Assembly: GCA_043826455.1 (NCBI GenBank)
Contig: JBDRQD010000021.1
Span: 10,181 to 74,180 of the forward strand
Source of the DNA: Candidatus Bathyarchaeota archaeon
GTDB taxonomy: Archaea; Thermoproteota; Bathyarchaeia; TCS64
Reading direction: 5' to 3'
DNA: 64,000 nucleotides
The translations under genes were made by a program, and so were the position numbers. The stretch's first letter is position 1. Every line of letters begins with the position of its first letter. The notes under the pieces are model-generated. The model was given only the letters and a program-made list of their open reading frames with translations, had not been told where the DNA came from and made no database searches. Positions 28,572-37,828 of this stretch are shown here, piece after piece.

Positions 28572-29606
28572 TCAGTTTGCTCCGAGGCAGGTGACCTTGG
28601 AGGGCTTCCCCTCTCCCCCTTTCACGTTGAACCTGGCCCCCGTGAATGTCTCGGCCAGCCTGATGGCTGTGAGGGTGTGGAGGGTGAGCTCGCAGGTGGT
28701 GAAGCTGGACTCACCCTCAGCGAGGGACATGGGGAGGATGAGGTGGTCGGATGTGTGGGGGTCCACCTGCTTCCCTGCGACTACTAGGTTAATCATGGTC
28801 TCCGCGGCCTCTGAGCCCACCTTCTCAGCCGGCTTACCCCTCTCCCCTAGGCAGCAGGCCCCCAGGTAACCTGCATCAGCCCAGAGGCAGATGAAGCTTC
28901 CAGGGGACAGCGGGGAGTCTCTGCCCTCCAGGGAGATGGCGTCCATCCTGGGCTTGAGCCTAGCCCGCTTCAATGCGTCCTGGGCCGCCTTTGCCTGCCT
29001 CAGAGCGACATGCTCTGGCAGCCTCCCGCAAACAGATAAGCCGTACACCTCCTTCACTGGTTGCTGATCCACTCTTAGGGGCGTGAGCCGTTCAACCGGC
29101 TCGATGTGGGCCTCCACCTGTCCTCCCCCCTTGGGGTAGAAGCCGTGGTGAAGCACTTTCAGCCTGCAGTTGATGCCCATGGCCTCGAATGCCCTCCACA
29201 CAACCTTCTCCATGAATGTGGTTGGTGGGCTCCACCTGACCGCTGTCCCGCCGATGATGTTCAGTTTGACGGGCCCATCGGCGGAGGCAGCTATCGGTGT
29301 TAGGCACTGGAGGAGGAGGGTTACGCTGCCTGCAGTTCCTATGTCGAAGCTGTATTCGCCTCCGCGGATGGGGCCCGGCTTGAACCATATCTCCCTGGAC
29401 CCGGGCCTGGCTCCAGTGAGCTCGGCCCTACACATCTCCGCCGCTGCCTGGAGGGTTGTGAGGTGCTGGGGCTTCAGGCCGGGGTCGCTCCGCCCCGCCC
29501 TGATATCAGTGACGTGTATCGGCTCGCCCCTTATTGCGCTGTAGGCGGTGGCCATGCGTAGGAGCTGGCCGCCCCCCTCCATCATGGAGCCGTCCACCTC
29601 TATCAT
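28572..29606 (-). CDS. rtcA: RNA 3'-terminal phosphate cyclase
   Basis: DGSMMEGGGQLLR, PGLKPQH, TAGS, GFYPKGGG, DPH.SD. Confidence 0.95.
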   Translation of the reverse strand: MIEVDGSMMEGGGQLLRMATAYSAIRGEPIHVTDIRAGRSDPGLKPQHLTTLQAAAEMCRAELTGARPGSREIWFKPGPIRGGEYSFDIGTAGSVTLLLQCLTPIAASADGPVKLNIIGGTAVRWSPPTTFMEKVVWRAFEAMGINCRLKVLHHGFYPKGGGQVEAHIEPVERLTPLRVDQQPVKEVYGLSVCGRLPEHVALRQAKAAQDALKRARLKPRMDAISLEGRDSPLSPGSFICLWADAGYLGACCLGERGKPAEKVGSEAAETMINLVVAGKQVDPHTSDHLILPMSLAEGESSFTTCELTLHTLTAIRLAETFTGARFNVKGGEGKPSKVTCLGAN

Positions 29607-29614
29607 GGGGGCAC

Positions 29615-30280
29615 CTACTCTGCGCGGCCCCCGCAGAACCTGGGCAGAATGTCTCTTGCCACTGACGATGCTTGGGACAGGGTGTGCAGGGTGATGCCCG
29701 GTGAACCACACATGAGCATCAGCACGTTCACCGTCTTGAGTGTGACCTTGCTGTGGTCAGCGTCCCTGTACGGGTATATGGCCACCAGCCTGTCCCCGTC
29801 CTCTATGACGGCTTCTCCGCCGGTTAGGATCACAGGCTTCTCCATGCCTATTCCCGTGAACTCCTCCCCTGTCGTGGCTTCCCTCATGAGCAGCTCGCCG
29901 CCCAGGAGGTCCGTGTCGAAACTAGCAATGGGGATGGCTGTCTCCATGCTGACCAGGTTATAGGCGTCAACCCAGGTGTTGATCCTGGGTATGGGGCTGT
30001 CCCTGAGGACGCGCCTGATGAGGGCCTCGGCGGCGGGCCTGTTCTTGGTGGGGTCTATGCCCAGCCTCCAGAAGAAGTCCCTGTAGGCCCTGAACATGGG
30101 GTCGTCGCGGAGCTGGTCCAGGTTCCACCTCTCCTTGAGCCGCAGCGCAACCATGTCCTTGTACTCCTCCAACCGCTGGTCCTGCCGTTCTACATGGACG
30201 CCCCTGAAGTGGATGATCTCGGCGTTCAGGTCCGGGAACCTCTCCCTTAGCCTTGGGTCCAGCCTGAGGTACCTACTCAT
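29615..30280 (-). CDS. Stand-alone B3/B4 (PheRS-beta-like) domain protein
   Basis: GIDPTK.RP.AEAL.RR, INTWVDAYN.VS. Confidence 0.9.
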   Translation of the reverse strand: MSRYLRLDPRLRERFPDLNAEIIHFRGVHVERQDQRLEEYKDMVALRLKERWNLDQLRDDPMFRAYRDFFWRLGIDPTKNRPAAEALIRRVLRDSPIPRINTWVDAYNLVSMETAIPIASFDTDLLGGELLMREATTGEEFTGIGMEKPVILTGGEAVIEDGDRLVAIYPYRDADHSKVTLKTVNVLMLMCGSPGITLHTLSQASSVARDILPRFCGGRAE

Positions 30281-30815
30281 CTTGAATCTTCCTGTGGTTG
30301 GAGTCCGACTTGGCCAGATCCCTTATCCGGTTCCCTCCATCGATCTCCTGCACTATCCTGTAGACCTCCGGGGGCACCAGGTCGCTCCAGTCCTCAGCCT
30401 CCAGTATCCTGCGCCTGATCTCGGTGGCCTCGTACTTGCCCCGCTCATACATCTCTATGCGCCGAACCTCGTAACCGGCCTCTATCAGGAGCCTCCTGGT
30501 GAGGCTCTGGTTACTGTATACAGTATCGAAGCGGGGGGTCTGACTCTCCACGGCGCTCACCCAGACTCTGTGGGCGGGGGCGTCGGGTATCGGGATGATG
30601 AGGTACCTGTCGGATGGAACGCCCGCCGCATCCAGCGCGGCCCTGATCATCTCCAGGCGCTCACCCGCGGTGAAGGGGTTGTCAGGCTCGTGGCTCATCT
30701 GGGCGCTGCCCACCACCAGCACCAGCTCGTCGCACTCCTTGAGTATTGTCTGGACGGCGTGGAGGTGCCCATAGTGAAAGGGCTGGAACCTGCCTACGAA
30801 TAATGCGCGCGTCAA
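30273..30815 (-). CDS. nadM: Nicotinamide-nucleotide adenylyltransferase
   Basis: GRFQPFHYGH, GSAQ, NPFTAGER, ATEIRRR. Confidence 0.95.
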   Translation of the reverse strand: MTRALFVGRFQPFHYGHLHAVQTILKECDELVLVVGSAQMSHEPDNPFTAGERLEMIRAALDAAGVPSDRYLIIPIPDAPAHRVWVSAVESQTPRFDTVYSNQSLTRRLLIEAGYEVRRIEMYERGKYEATEIRRRILEAEDWSDLVPPEVYRIVQEIDGGNRIRDLAKSDSNHRKIQDE

Positions 30816-30944
30816 CCTTCTCCCTCTTTGTTTCTAGGAGGGCGGAGGGGGTTTATGTGTTTTCCCCGTGTTCTAAGAGGTTGAACACATGTTCTAAACA
30901 CTGGGATTATACTATACTCGTGCGTATGGTGTGGCGGTGAAAAC

Positions 30945-32282
30945 ATGAACCGAAAAGTAAGCACGCTCATCGCGTTAATGATAGTCGGCGCCTTACCGGC
31001 GTTCAGCCTATACACATCGGCAGTCAGCCTGTCCGCCTGGAGTCCCGGCCAAGAGTTCACGGCGGATGGCGCCGTGTCCACAGCCAAGACCTACCTCAAG
31101 GGTATGCCCACCTACGCCTTCGACGGTATGGCGGACACCATTGAGTTGGTGAAGGTTGAGCCCCTAAGGATGCTTAACACCTGGGAGGTGACCATAGCCT
31201 TCACATCCAGGCACAGCGGCTACGGTTACAGGGCGGGCCAGATGCTGGCCCAGGTGTTGACCTCCCACGTCACACGGATCGTTGTGAGTGAGGGCCGCGT
31301 CATAAGGGCTGTCACCGACGAGGCGTTCGACGAGATGGAGGAGAGGATGCTGCCCACGGGCGACACCACGGCGGAGGAGGCGGAGAGCATCGCCCTCAGC
31401 TTCCTCAGGGACTCTCCTACCTTCAAGTTCGACGGCATCGAGGCTTCGATAAGCGTCAGCGAGGTGTTCGTCATGGAGAGCTACCCGGTCCAGTACGCCT
31501 TCATGGTGACCTTCGAGTGCAGCCACCCAGGGTACGGTGACAGGGCCGGTCAGGTACTGGCCCAGGTCATCACACCCCACGAGATCAGGATCGTGGTGAG
31601 CGCAGGCGAGGTCCTCAGCGCGGTAATCGACGGCGAGTGGGACGAACTGAACCAAGCCGAAGAGGTGAGGTCGGAGTTTCTCCCCCCGGAGATGGCCCGA
31701 GATTTGGCCCTGAGGTACATCTTGGAGAACTTCCCTCAGCTGGCTGAGATGGCTGTCCCCGAGGAATGGGAGTTCACAGACCTGACCCCGGAGGGTCTTC
31801 TGGGTGCCAGCACCTACAGGTACACAGGCCTAGACTGGAGCGTGACCGTACGCTTCATGGTGGTGCTTGAGCCAGGCTACACCGTGTCAGTGGAGTACAG
31901 CGACGACCCGGAGTTCACCTGGGGAGGCGAAGTGGACCAGAGCTCAATGGTGACCGAAACCTCCACCAGCCTGACCCCAGCCCCCACCGGGATACTGAGC
32001 CCCGAGGAGGCCAGGGACTTGGCAGTGGAGTACGTCCAGGCCAACTACCCTGAACTGGAGACACTCAAGGCGCCAACCAACTGGGAGATACAAAACCTAA
32101 CACCAGAGGGACTGCTGGGCCACAGCACCCTCCAGCATACCTCCGGTGAATGGACCGTCAAGATCGGGTACCCTGTGGTCTGGAAGCCCACCTACCGGGT
32201 GGAGATCACCATCGACGGCGAGCCCAGCTTCACGTGGGCAGGGACCGTTGCCCAGGATGGCACGGTCTCCACCGCCAAGTAA
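30945..32282 (+). CDS. Secreted protein with internal A-A-B-B domain duplication
   Basis: N-terminal signal peptide; two HxGYG.RAGQ.LAQV repeats and two LTPEGLLG.ST repeats. Confidence 0.8.
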   Translation: MNRKVSTLIALMIVGALPAFSLYTSAVSLSAWSPGQEFTADGAVSTAKTYLKGMPTYAFDGMADTIELVKVEPLRMLNTWEVTIAFTSRHSGYGYRAGQMLAQVLTSHVTRIVVSEGRVIRAVTDEAFDEMEERMLPTGDTTAEEAESIALSFLRDSPTFKFDGIEASISVSEVFVMESYPVQYAFMVTFECSHPGYGDRAGQVLAQVITPHEIRIVVSAGEVLSAVIDGEWDELNQAEEVRSEFLPPEMARDLALRYILENFPQLAEMAVPEEWEFTDLTPEGLLGASTYRYTGLDWSVTVRFMVVLEPGYTVSVEYSDDPEFTWGGEVDQSSMVTETSTSLTPAPTGILSPEEARDLAVEYVQANYPELETLKAPTNWEIQNLTPEGLLGHSTLQHTSGEWTVKIGYPVVWKPTYRVEITIDGEPSFTWAGTVAQDGTVSTAK

Positions 32283-32295
32283 ACCCCTCTTTTCC

Positions 32296-33159
32296 TTATT
32301 TTTTCATGCTTCTAGGTATGCCCGACTCGCATGGGACGCTGGTCTGGCAGAAGCCACACCCGTAGCCGTCGAACCCGTAGTGGCGGGTCACGTACTGCTT
32401 GGTCATGTCCACGTACATGGAGCATGTGCGCTTGTCGTGGCCGTCCCGGGTGATGGCCCCTATAGGGCAACGGTCCATGCACTTGCCGCAGGTTCCCTCG
32501 CTGTAGAAGAGGCAGTAGGCGTGGTGGTCGGTGTAGGGGCGGGGGCTGGGCTTAACGTAGATGTTGGCGACGACGCTGCCCGTCCTCATGGCCTTACCGA
32601 CCGGCGTGATGAGGCCGTCGCTGAGGCCGAAGGTGCCCAGGCCCGCCGCGTAGGCGGCGTGGCGCTCGCTCCAGGTGGAGGCGTTGGCGTACTTCTCGGA
32701 GGTTGCCGGCTTCCACAGGGGTGAAAGCATGGGGGCCACGGCATCCACGCCCTCGTCGCTCAGCCTCTTCACAAGGTGGCGCCTCAGCTTCACGTTCACC
32801 TTCTCCCCCATGATCCTGCTGCGGGCCCACCTCTCGCTGGGGAAGTTGGTCTCCTCCCTGTGGTCCCGCTTGGTGGCCTCCGTCTGCGGCAGTATCCAGC
32901 TTATGACGGTGAGCTCCTCTGCCTTGAACCTCTTGTCGGGATAGGCGTGGCCAATAAACTCCAAGGGCGAGACATAGAAGGAGCCTATGTCATCCTTGTA
33001 GAACCCGTAGAGGGGGTCGGCGCCGCCGCTGAACCCCACCAGGGGCTCGGCCCAAGCAGGCTCGTCGCCCCACTTCTCCAATGTGTTCTCCGGAGACGCC
33101 GTGAAATCCTTGACGACGCCGGTTATCCACCCGGCGGGGTCGCCGCGAAGATCAGACAT
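32296..33159 (-). CDS. QueG-like / reductive-dehalogenase-like 4Fe-4S protein
   Basis: WSERHAAYAAGLGTFG, CGKCMDRCP, CGFCQT.VPC. Confidence 0.85.
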   Translation of the reverse strand: MSDLRGDPAGWITGVVKDFTASPENTLEKWGDEPAWAEPLVGFSGGADPLYGFYKDDIGSFYVSPLEFIGHAYPDKRFKAEELTVISWILPQTEATKRDHREETNFPSERWARSRIMGEKVNVKLRRHLVKRLSDEGVDAVAPMLSPLWKPATSEKYANASTWSERHAAYAAGLGTFGLSDGLITPVGKAMRTGSVVANIYVKPSPRPYTDHHAYCLFYSEGTCGKCMDRCPIGAITRDGHDKRTCSMYVDMTKQYVTRHYGFDGYGCGFCQTSVPCESGIPRSMKK

Positions 33160-33231
33160 GGCTCTGTTACCGCAAGCGCTTTATTTAAACGGGGACATGG
33201 AACCTCTTAACCCACATCTGAGGCACCGAGG

Positions 33232-33807
33232 TTGGAGTATCTTTTCCTTTCATGGGGCGACATCCAGCGGCTCTCAGAGGAGCTGGCCGACAAGGTGGCG
33301 GAGAGCGGCTTCACGCCCGACGTGCTGGTGGCCGTGAGCAGGGGCGGCTTCGACCCAGCCAGGATCCTCAGCGACCAGCTGGGAGTCAGGAGGCTTGCCA
33401 GCCTCCAGGTGGTCTACTACACTGGGGTGAACGAGAGGTCCGAGGTGCCCGAGGTCCGGTACCCGCTGAACGCCGACGTCAGGGGGCTCCGGGTGCTGGT
33501 TGTGGACGACGTTGCCGACAGCGGCAACAGCCTCAGGCTTGTGAGGGAGTACGTGGAGGGCCTGGGGGCGGCGGAGGTGAAGGTGGCCACTCTCCACCAT
33601 AAGCCGTGGAGCGTGTACCGGCCCGACTACTACGCGGAGGAGGTGGAGAAGTGGATCATCTACCCCTGGGAGGTGAAGGAGAGCGTCCAGCTGCTGAGGC
33701 AGAGCCTCCTCAAGACGGGGGTGCCTGAGGAGGAGCTGGGCGCCCGCCTCATGGAGATCGGTTTCACCCTCCACGAGCTCAAGCGGTATCTTAACATGAA
33801 TAATTAA
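33232..33807 (+). CDS. Purine phosphoribosyltransferase
   Basis: VSRGG, VLVVDDVADSG, WIIYPWE. Confidence 0.92.
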   Translation: MEYLFLSWGDIQRLSEELADKVAESGFTPDVLVAVSRGGFDPARILSDQLGVRRLASLQVVYYTGVNERSEVPEVRYPLNADVRGLRVLVVDDVADSGNSLRLVREYVEGLGAAEVKVATLHHKPWSVYRPDYYAEEVEKWIIYPWEVKESVQLLRQSLLKTGVPEEELGARLMEIGFTLHELKRYLNMNN

Positions 33808-33861
33808 ATGAAATGTGTCCGGGTTAGCTCCCGACGCTTAGGCTCTGCGTAACATCGTGGG

Positions 33862-34098
33862 CTACTGGATCTCTTCCAGGGCCTCGGCGGCGGCCTCCTG
33901 GGCCTGGGCCAGCAGGTCGCCCTTGATGATGGTGGTAACGTAACCGGCTATCCTATTGCGGAGCTTCTTGGAGACCTCTAGGTTGATCTGCTTCAGGAAC
34001 TGCTTGTTGGCCTCAAACTCTAAACCGAAGCTGTAGGGGTATCTGTCAATTAATTCGAGGCTGATCCTCTTCACCATCTCTGTGCGTACTTTACCCAA
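33862..34098 (-). CDS. rps17e: 30S ribosomal protein eS17
   Basis: MGKVRT..VKR, FE.NK, SKKLRNRIAGYVT. Confidence 0.96.
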   Translation of the reverse strand: MGKVRTEMVKRISLELIDRYPYSFGLEFEANKQFLKQINLEVSKKLRNRIAGYVTTIIKGDLLAQAQEAAAEALEEIQ

Positions 34099-34130
34099 GT
34101 TCACTGCACCGCATCGTTTTGCGTCTCTAC

Positions 34131-36143
34131 TCAACTGCGCCGTACTTTTAAACGTTTACCCTGCCCCGTCTGGGTGAGTCTTATCTGGTCCAAGGATACG
34201 CTTGTGGCTTCTCCCTGGAGGAGGCCCCGTAGCTCAAGGTCTGTGGAGACGGTGGTTAGGGTGAAGTTGAGGGTGAGGGGCTGCCACGTGTCAGCGCCGG
34301 TGAAGTTCATGGGGCCCACGGTGGCGTTGGCGAGGGTCACGCCGCCGCTGCGGGCGTCTATGGTCAATGCGCCGGTGTCGTTGAGGGCCCCGATCTTTAG
34401 GGTGAAGGTGGCCGTGTAGTTGCCCTCTGGGGCTATTACGTAGGGGCCGTACCATATTGTCCTGGTTCTGTGGGTCATGTTCACGTAGGCTAAGGCGGAC
34501 CCTGAACTGGCTGTGGGGTCGGGGGCGACCTTCCCGTTCATGGCTATGAGGTCCAGAGGAGTGTAGGTCTCGTTCATTGGTTCGTAGATGGCTGGGCCGT
34601 CAGGAGGGGGGAGGCCGTAAAGGTAGACGTTGTCGAAGCATGCGTGGAGGCTGTAGTTGTACCGTTTTACCAGGGTGAACGCGGTCTCGGCTGTGCCGTG
34701 GGGGTCTGTCTCCAGGTCCACCACTATGTAGTCTGTTTGGAGCCCCATGGTGATGTTCATGGCTCTCCGCCACGTCTCAGGGTCCAGGCTTATCTCTGGG
34801 ACTATGACGTAGGCGTGCTCCCTGTTGGATACGTGGGGGAACAGGTTGTCCTGGGCCAATATGGAGGCGTTCCGGGGGATCCGTGCCAGCACCTCTTGGA
34901 GTCGCTGGTTTCTGGGGTCGGCTGACGGCTTGATGTATGAAGGGCTGAGGCTGAAGCCGTCTGTGAGGGGGCTTAGTGGGCTCAGGGTGACGCTCGACGC
35001 TGCGCCCACTACTAGGAGGGTGATGAAGAGCCTGCTGAGGGCGCGGTTTTCGCCTCCTCTGAGGGCTAGTTTGAGGTGGTCCAGGCCTTTGATGAAGCCC
35101 GCATATATGGTTGGGATGATGTAGGCGGGGTACTGGAACCCTAGCCTATAGTATGGAGGGTAGTTGGATAAGAGAGACACGGCGATCCAGGGCAGGGCGG
35201 CGACCAGTGGGGTGGGCGCGAGGGCGAGGGGCAGGGCGTAGGGGAAGGTCAGGCCAAGCAAGTACGCCGCCTTCTCTGACCAGTCATGGGCCAAAGCTCT
35301 CATGGCTCTGAGGGGGTCTCTTGCCGCGGCAGATATGATGCCTGACGGGGACTCTGCCCCCAGGACCGTGAAGTGTTGCCCGGCCTTAAGGTGTTCAGGT
35401 ATCTCGGGGTTGAAGTAGCCTATCACTTGGGTCGATAGGAGTATCCAGCCCACGGATGCTATGGTAAGTGTCGCGGCCACCAGAAACCTCTTTTTTTTCT
35501 CCTCACGCATCCATAATGTTCTTTCTTTGACGGTTGTAGCCGTCAGGTAGGCAGCGTACCCTATTATGAAGTAGGCTACCTGCTCCTGGATTGTGAGGGA
35601 GAGCAGGCTTGCTATGATGGTGCTCCTCCATTTCCTCGCCTCTATGTAATATAGGACGTAGTTGAACGCCAACGGGATGAAGGCTTGAACGTGGAAGTCG
35701 TACGAGTTGACGCCGTGGAGAGCCGGGTTCATGAGGTAGAGGACTACTATCATAGCTGAATGCTTCTCGGCGAAGTGCAGCTTGGCGGCGAGGTAGATTG
35801 GGTACGCCGATACTCCCAGGATGAAGGACTGGGCGATTAGGAGAGTCACCGCAGACTGGTTGAGGTAGTATATGGGTATGAGGATGAAGAGTATGGGGCT
35901 GAAGTGGACGCCAAAAAAGCTGCCCGACTCCACGAGGTGGAGCTCACAGGTGTAGTAGAATAACTTGTTTAGGTTGACTGTGGTCCATAGGGCCTGGTCG
36001 AATATCCCCAGGTCCCACGCGAAGGTGCTAAACGAATAGTGTTTTGAGACCGTGAACCATGAGAAGACGAGGGAGTAGACAACTATTGAAGAAAAGACTA
36101 CGAGATCATATTTTGACAGACCGCGGTTAGCTAGGAATCCCAT
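34131..36143 (-). CDS. DUF2079 multi-TM (GT-C-like) protein with C-terminal beta-sandwich domain
   Basis: DLGIFDQ, FGVHFSPIL, YDFH, QY motifs; C-terminal WYGPY...G.Y.A.F. Confidence 0.85.
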   Translation of the reverse strand: MGFLANRGLSKYDLVVFSSIVVYSLVFSWFTVSKHYSFSTFAWDLGIFDQALWTTVNLNKLFYYTCELHLVESGSFFGVHFSPILFILIPIYYLNQSAVTLLIAQSFILGVSAYPIYLAAKLHFAEKHSAMIVVLYLMNPALHGVNSYDFHVQAFIPLAFNYVLYYIEARKWRSTIIASLLSLTIQEQVAYFIIGYAAYLTATTVKERTLWMREEKKKRFLVAATLTIASVGWILLSTQVIGYFNPEIPEHLKAGQHFTVLGAESPSGIISAAARDPLRAMRALAHDWSEKAAYLLGLTFPYALPLALAPTPLVAALPWIAVSLLSNYPPYYRLGFQYPAYIIPTIYAGFIKGLDHLKLALRGGENRALSRLFITLLVVGAASSVTLSPLSPLTDGFSLSPSYIKPSADPRNQRLQEVLARIPRNASILAQDNLFPHVSNREHAYVIVPEISLDPETWRRAMNITMGLQTDYIVVDLETDPHGTAETAFTLVKRYNYSLHACFDNVYLYGLPPPDGPAIYEPMNETYTPLDLIAMNGKVAPDPTASSGSALAYVNMTHRTRTIWYGPYVIAPEGNYTATFTLKIGALNDTGALTIDARSGGVTLANATVGPMNFTGADTWQPLTLNFTLTTVSTDLELRGLLQGEATSVSLDQIRLTQTGQGKRLKVRRS

Positions 36144-36367
36144 TCAGATGGTGCCTTCCACTGTTCTCGGCATAACGCTTGTGTAACCGCCCTACTAACC
36201 TAGAACTCTGATACTTTACAGCACCCTATGAGTTGAGTTTCAGTCACTGTTATGTTGGTGGCTGAAGCTTAATTCAGGGAAAAGGGCATCGGAGAACACT
36301 TCGAGATGAATCCCTCCCGATAATTGTATAAAGGGTCTTGGATATAGTTTCATCAAGGTGTCACGGT

Positions 36368-37369
36368 TTGAAGTTTAAACGGTATGTCTCGTGCATCGAC
36401 ACCCACTGCAGCGGCGAGGCCACCAGGATACTGGTGGGCGGCGTCCCCAAGCTGGTGGGTAAGACCATGCAGGAGAAGCAGGACTACTTCAAGGAGCATT
36501 ACCACAGCCTCCTGGGAACCATGCTGAAGGAGCCGCGGGGCTTCGAGGGCATGCTGGGTGCGGTGCTCACCGAGCCCTGCCACCCTGAGGCAGACGTGGG
36601 TGTCATCTACCTGTGGACCGACGGCTACTTCAGCGCCTGCGGTGACAGCACCTACAGCTGCTCGGCGGCGCTGGTGAACACCGGCATGGTGGACGTGAAG
36701 GAGCCTGTGACGGATATTACCTTCGACACGGTGGCCGGCCTAGTCCGCACCAAGGTGGAGGTTAAGGACGGCGTAGCCAAGGCCATATACATGCAGGGGG
36801 TTCCCAGCTTCTTCTGGAAGACCATGAAGTTCGACATCCCCGACGTGGGGGAAGTCGAAGCCGACATAGCCTATGGGGGCCTGTGGTACGCCTTCGTGGA
36901 CGCGGACAAGATCGGGTTGAAGCCGGCGCTGGAGAACAAGGACCAGTGGATTCCCTTGGGCTGGAAGATGAGGAACTATATCGCCGACAAGATCAAGGTG
37001 GACCACCCAGAGTACCCCAACCTGAACATCCTGGACCTGGTGACATTCTACACCAAGCCCAGCAAGAAGGAGTACACCAGCAGGCACTGGAACGTCTTCG
37101 GCCCCAAGCAGACCTGCAGGAGCCCCGCGGGGACCTGCACCAACGCCAGGATGGCCGCCATGTACGGTAAGGGTCAGCTGAAGCCGGGCCAGGAGATGGT
37201 GTTCGAGTCCACTATCGGGACTCTGATGTACGGGAAGATCGCCAAGGAGACGAAGGTGGGTAAGTACAAGGCCATAGTGCCGGACGTTATGGCGACGGCA
37301 TACATCACGGGCTTCAACCAGGTGGTGATAGACCCGGACGACCCGCTGAAGGCCGGGTTCCTCCTCTAA
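36368..37369 (+). CDS. Proline racemase superfamily protein, atypical active site
   Basis: DTH..GE.TR, EPRG, ACGDST, DIAYGG, RSPAGT, DPDDPL..GF. Confidence 0.9.
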   Translation: MKFKRYVSCIDTHCSGEATRILVGGVPKLVGKTMQEKQDYFKEHYHSLLGTMLKEPRGFEGMLGAVLTEPCHPEADVGVIYLWTDGYFSACGDSTYSCSAALVNTGMVDVKEPVTDITFDTVAGLVRTKVEVKDGVAKAIYMQGVPSFFWKTMKFDIPDVGEVEADIAYGGLWYAFVDADKIGLKPALENKDQWIPLGWKMRNYIADKIKVDHPEYPNLNILDLVTFYTKPSKKEYTSRHWNVFGPKQTCRSPAGTCTNARMAAMYGKGQLKPGQEMVFESTIGTLMYGKIAKETKVGKYKAIVPDVMATAYITGFNQVVIDPDDPLKAGFLL

Positions 37370-37380
37370 AAACCCTTTTT

Positions 37381-37698
37381 TTATTGTTTTATGAGCATCT
37401 CGGGGGCGTGCTCTTTGAGTAGAGCCTCCACTTTCTCGAACTCTCCCAGGGTCTTGGTGCCCTTCTTGGTGACCCCGTAGGAGTCCGTCTTCTGGCCCCT
37501 CTCGTTGTACTCCTGCTCCAGGAACCCCTGGCTCACCAACTGGTCGATGACCTCCTTTGCCCTCTTATTGTTGAGGTACGTGGACTCCACCACGTCCATC
37601 AGGGAGCTCCTGCCGTCCTTGATGGTCCTCAATATGTGCATGGAGGTCTGGTACTTGGAGTGCCTCGCGGACATACGTTGCAGGGTTGAACTGAACAT
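37381..37698 (-). CDS. Winged-helix transcriptional regulator
   Basis: ILRTI...LN......L...GFL...Y.VT.KG pattern. Confidence 0.8.
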   Translation of the reverse strand: MFSSTLQRMSARHSKYQTSMHILRTIKDGRSSLMDVVESTYLNNKRAKEVIDQLVSQGFLEQEYNERGQKTDSYGVTKKGTKTLGEFEKVEALLKEHAPEMLIKQ

Positions 37699-37828
37699 AA
37701 TTAAAGGATTGTTTACCCCTGTTCGGTATCTCAGCTACATATGAGAACGGATGAGCAGCGGTGTTCGACGGAAAACCCCAGACTGTTAAATAGGAGATGC
37801 CATGCAGTTGATGAGAGTGTGAATCAAC

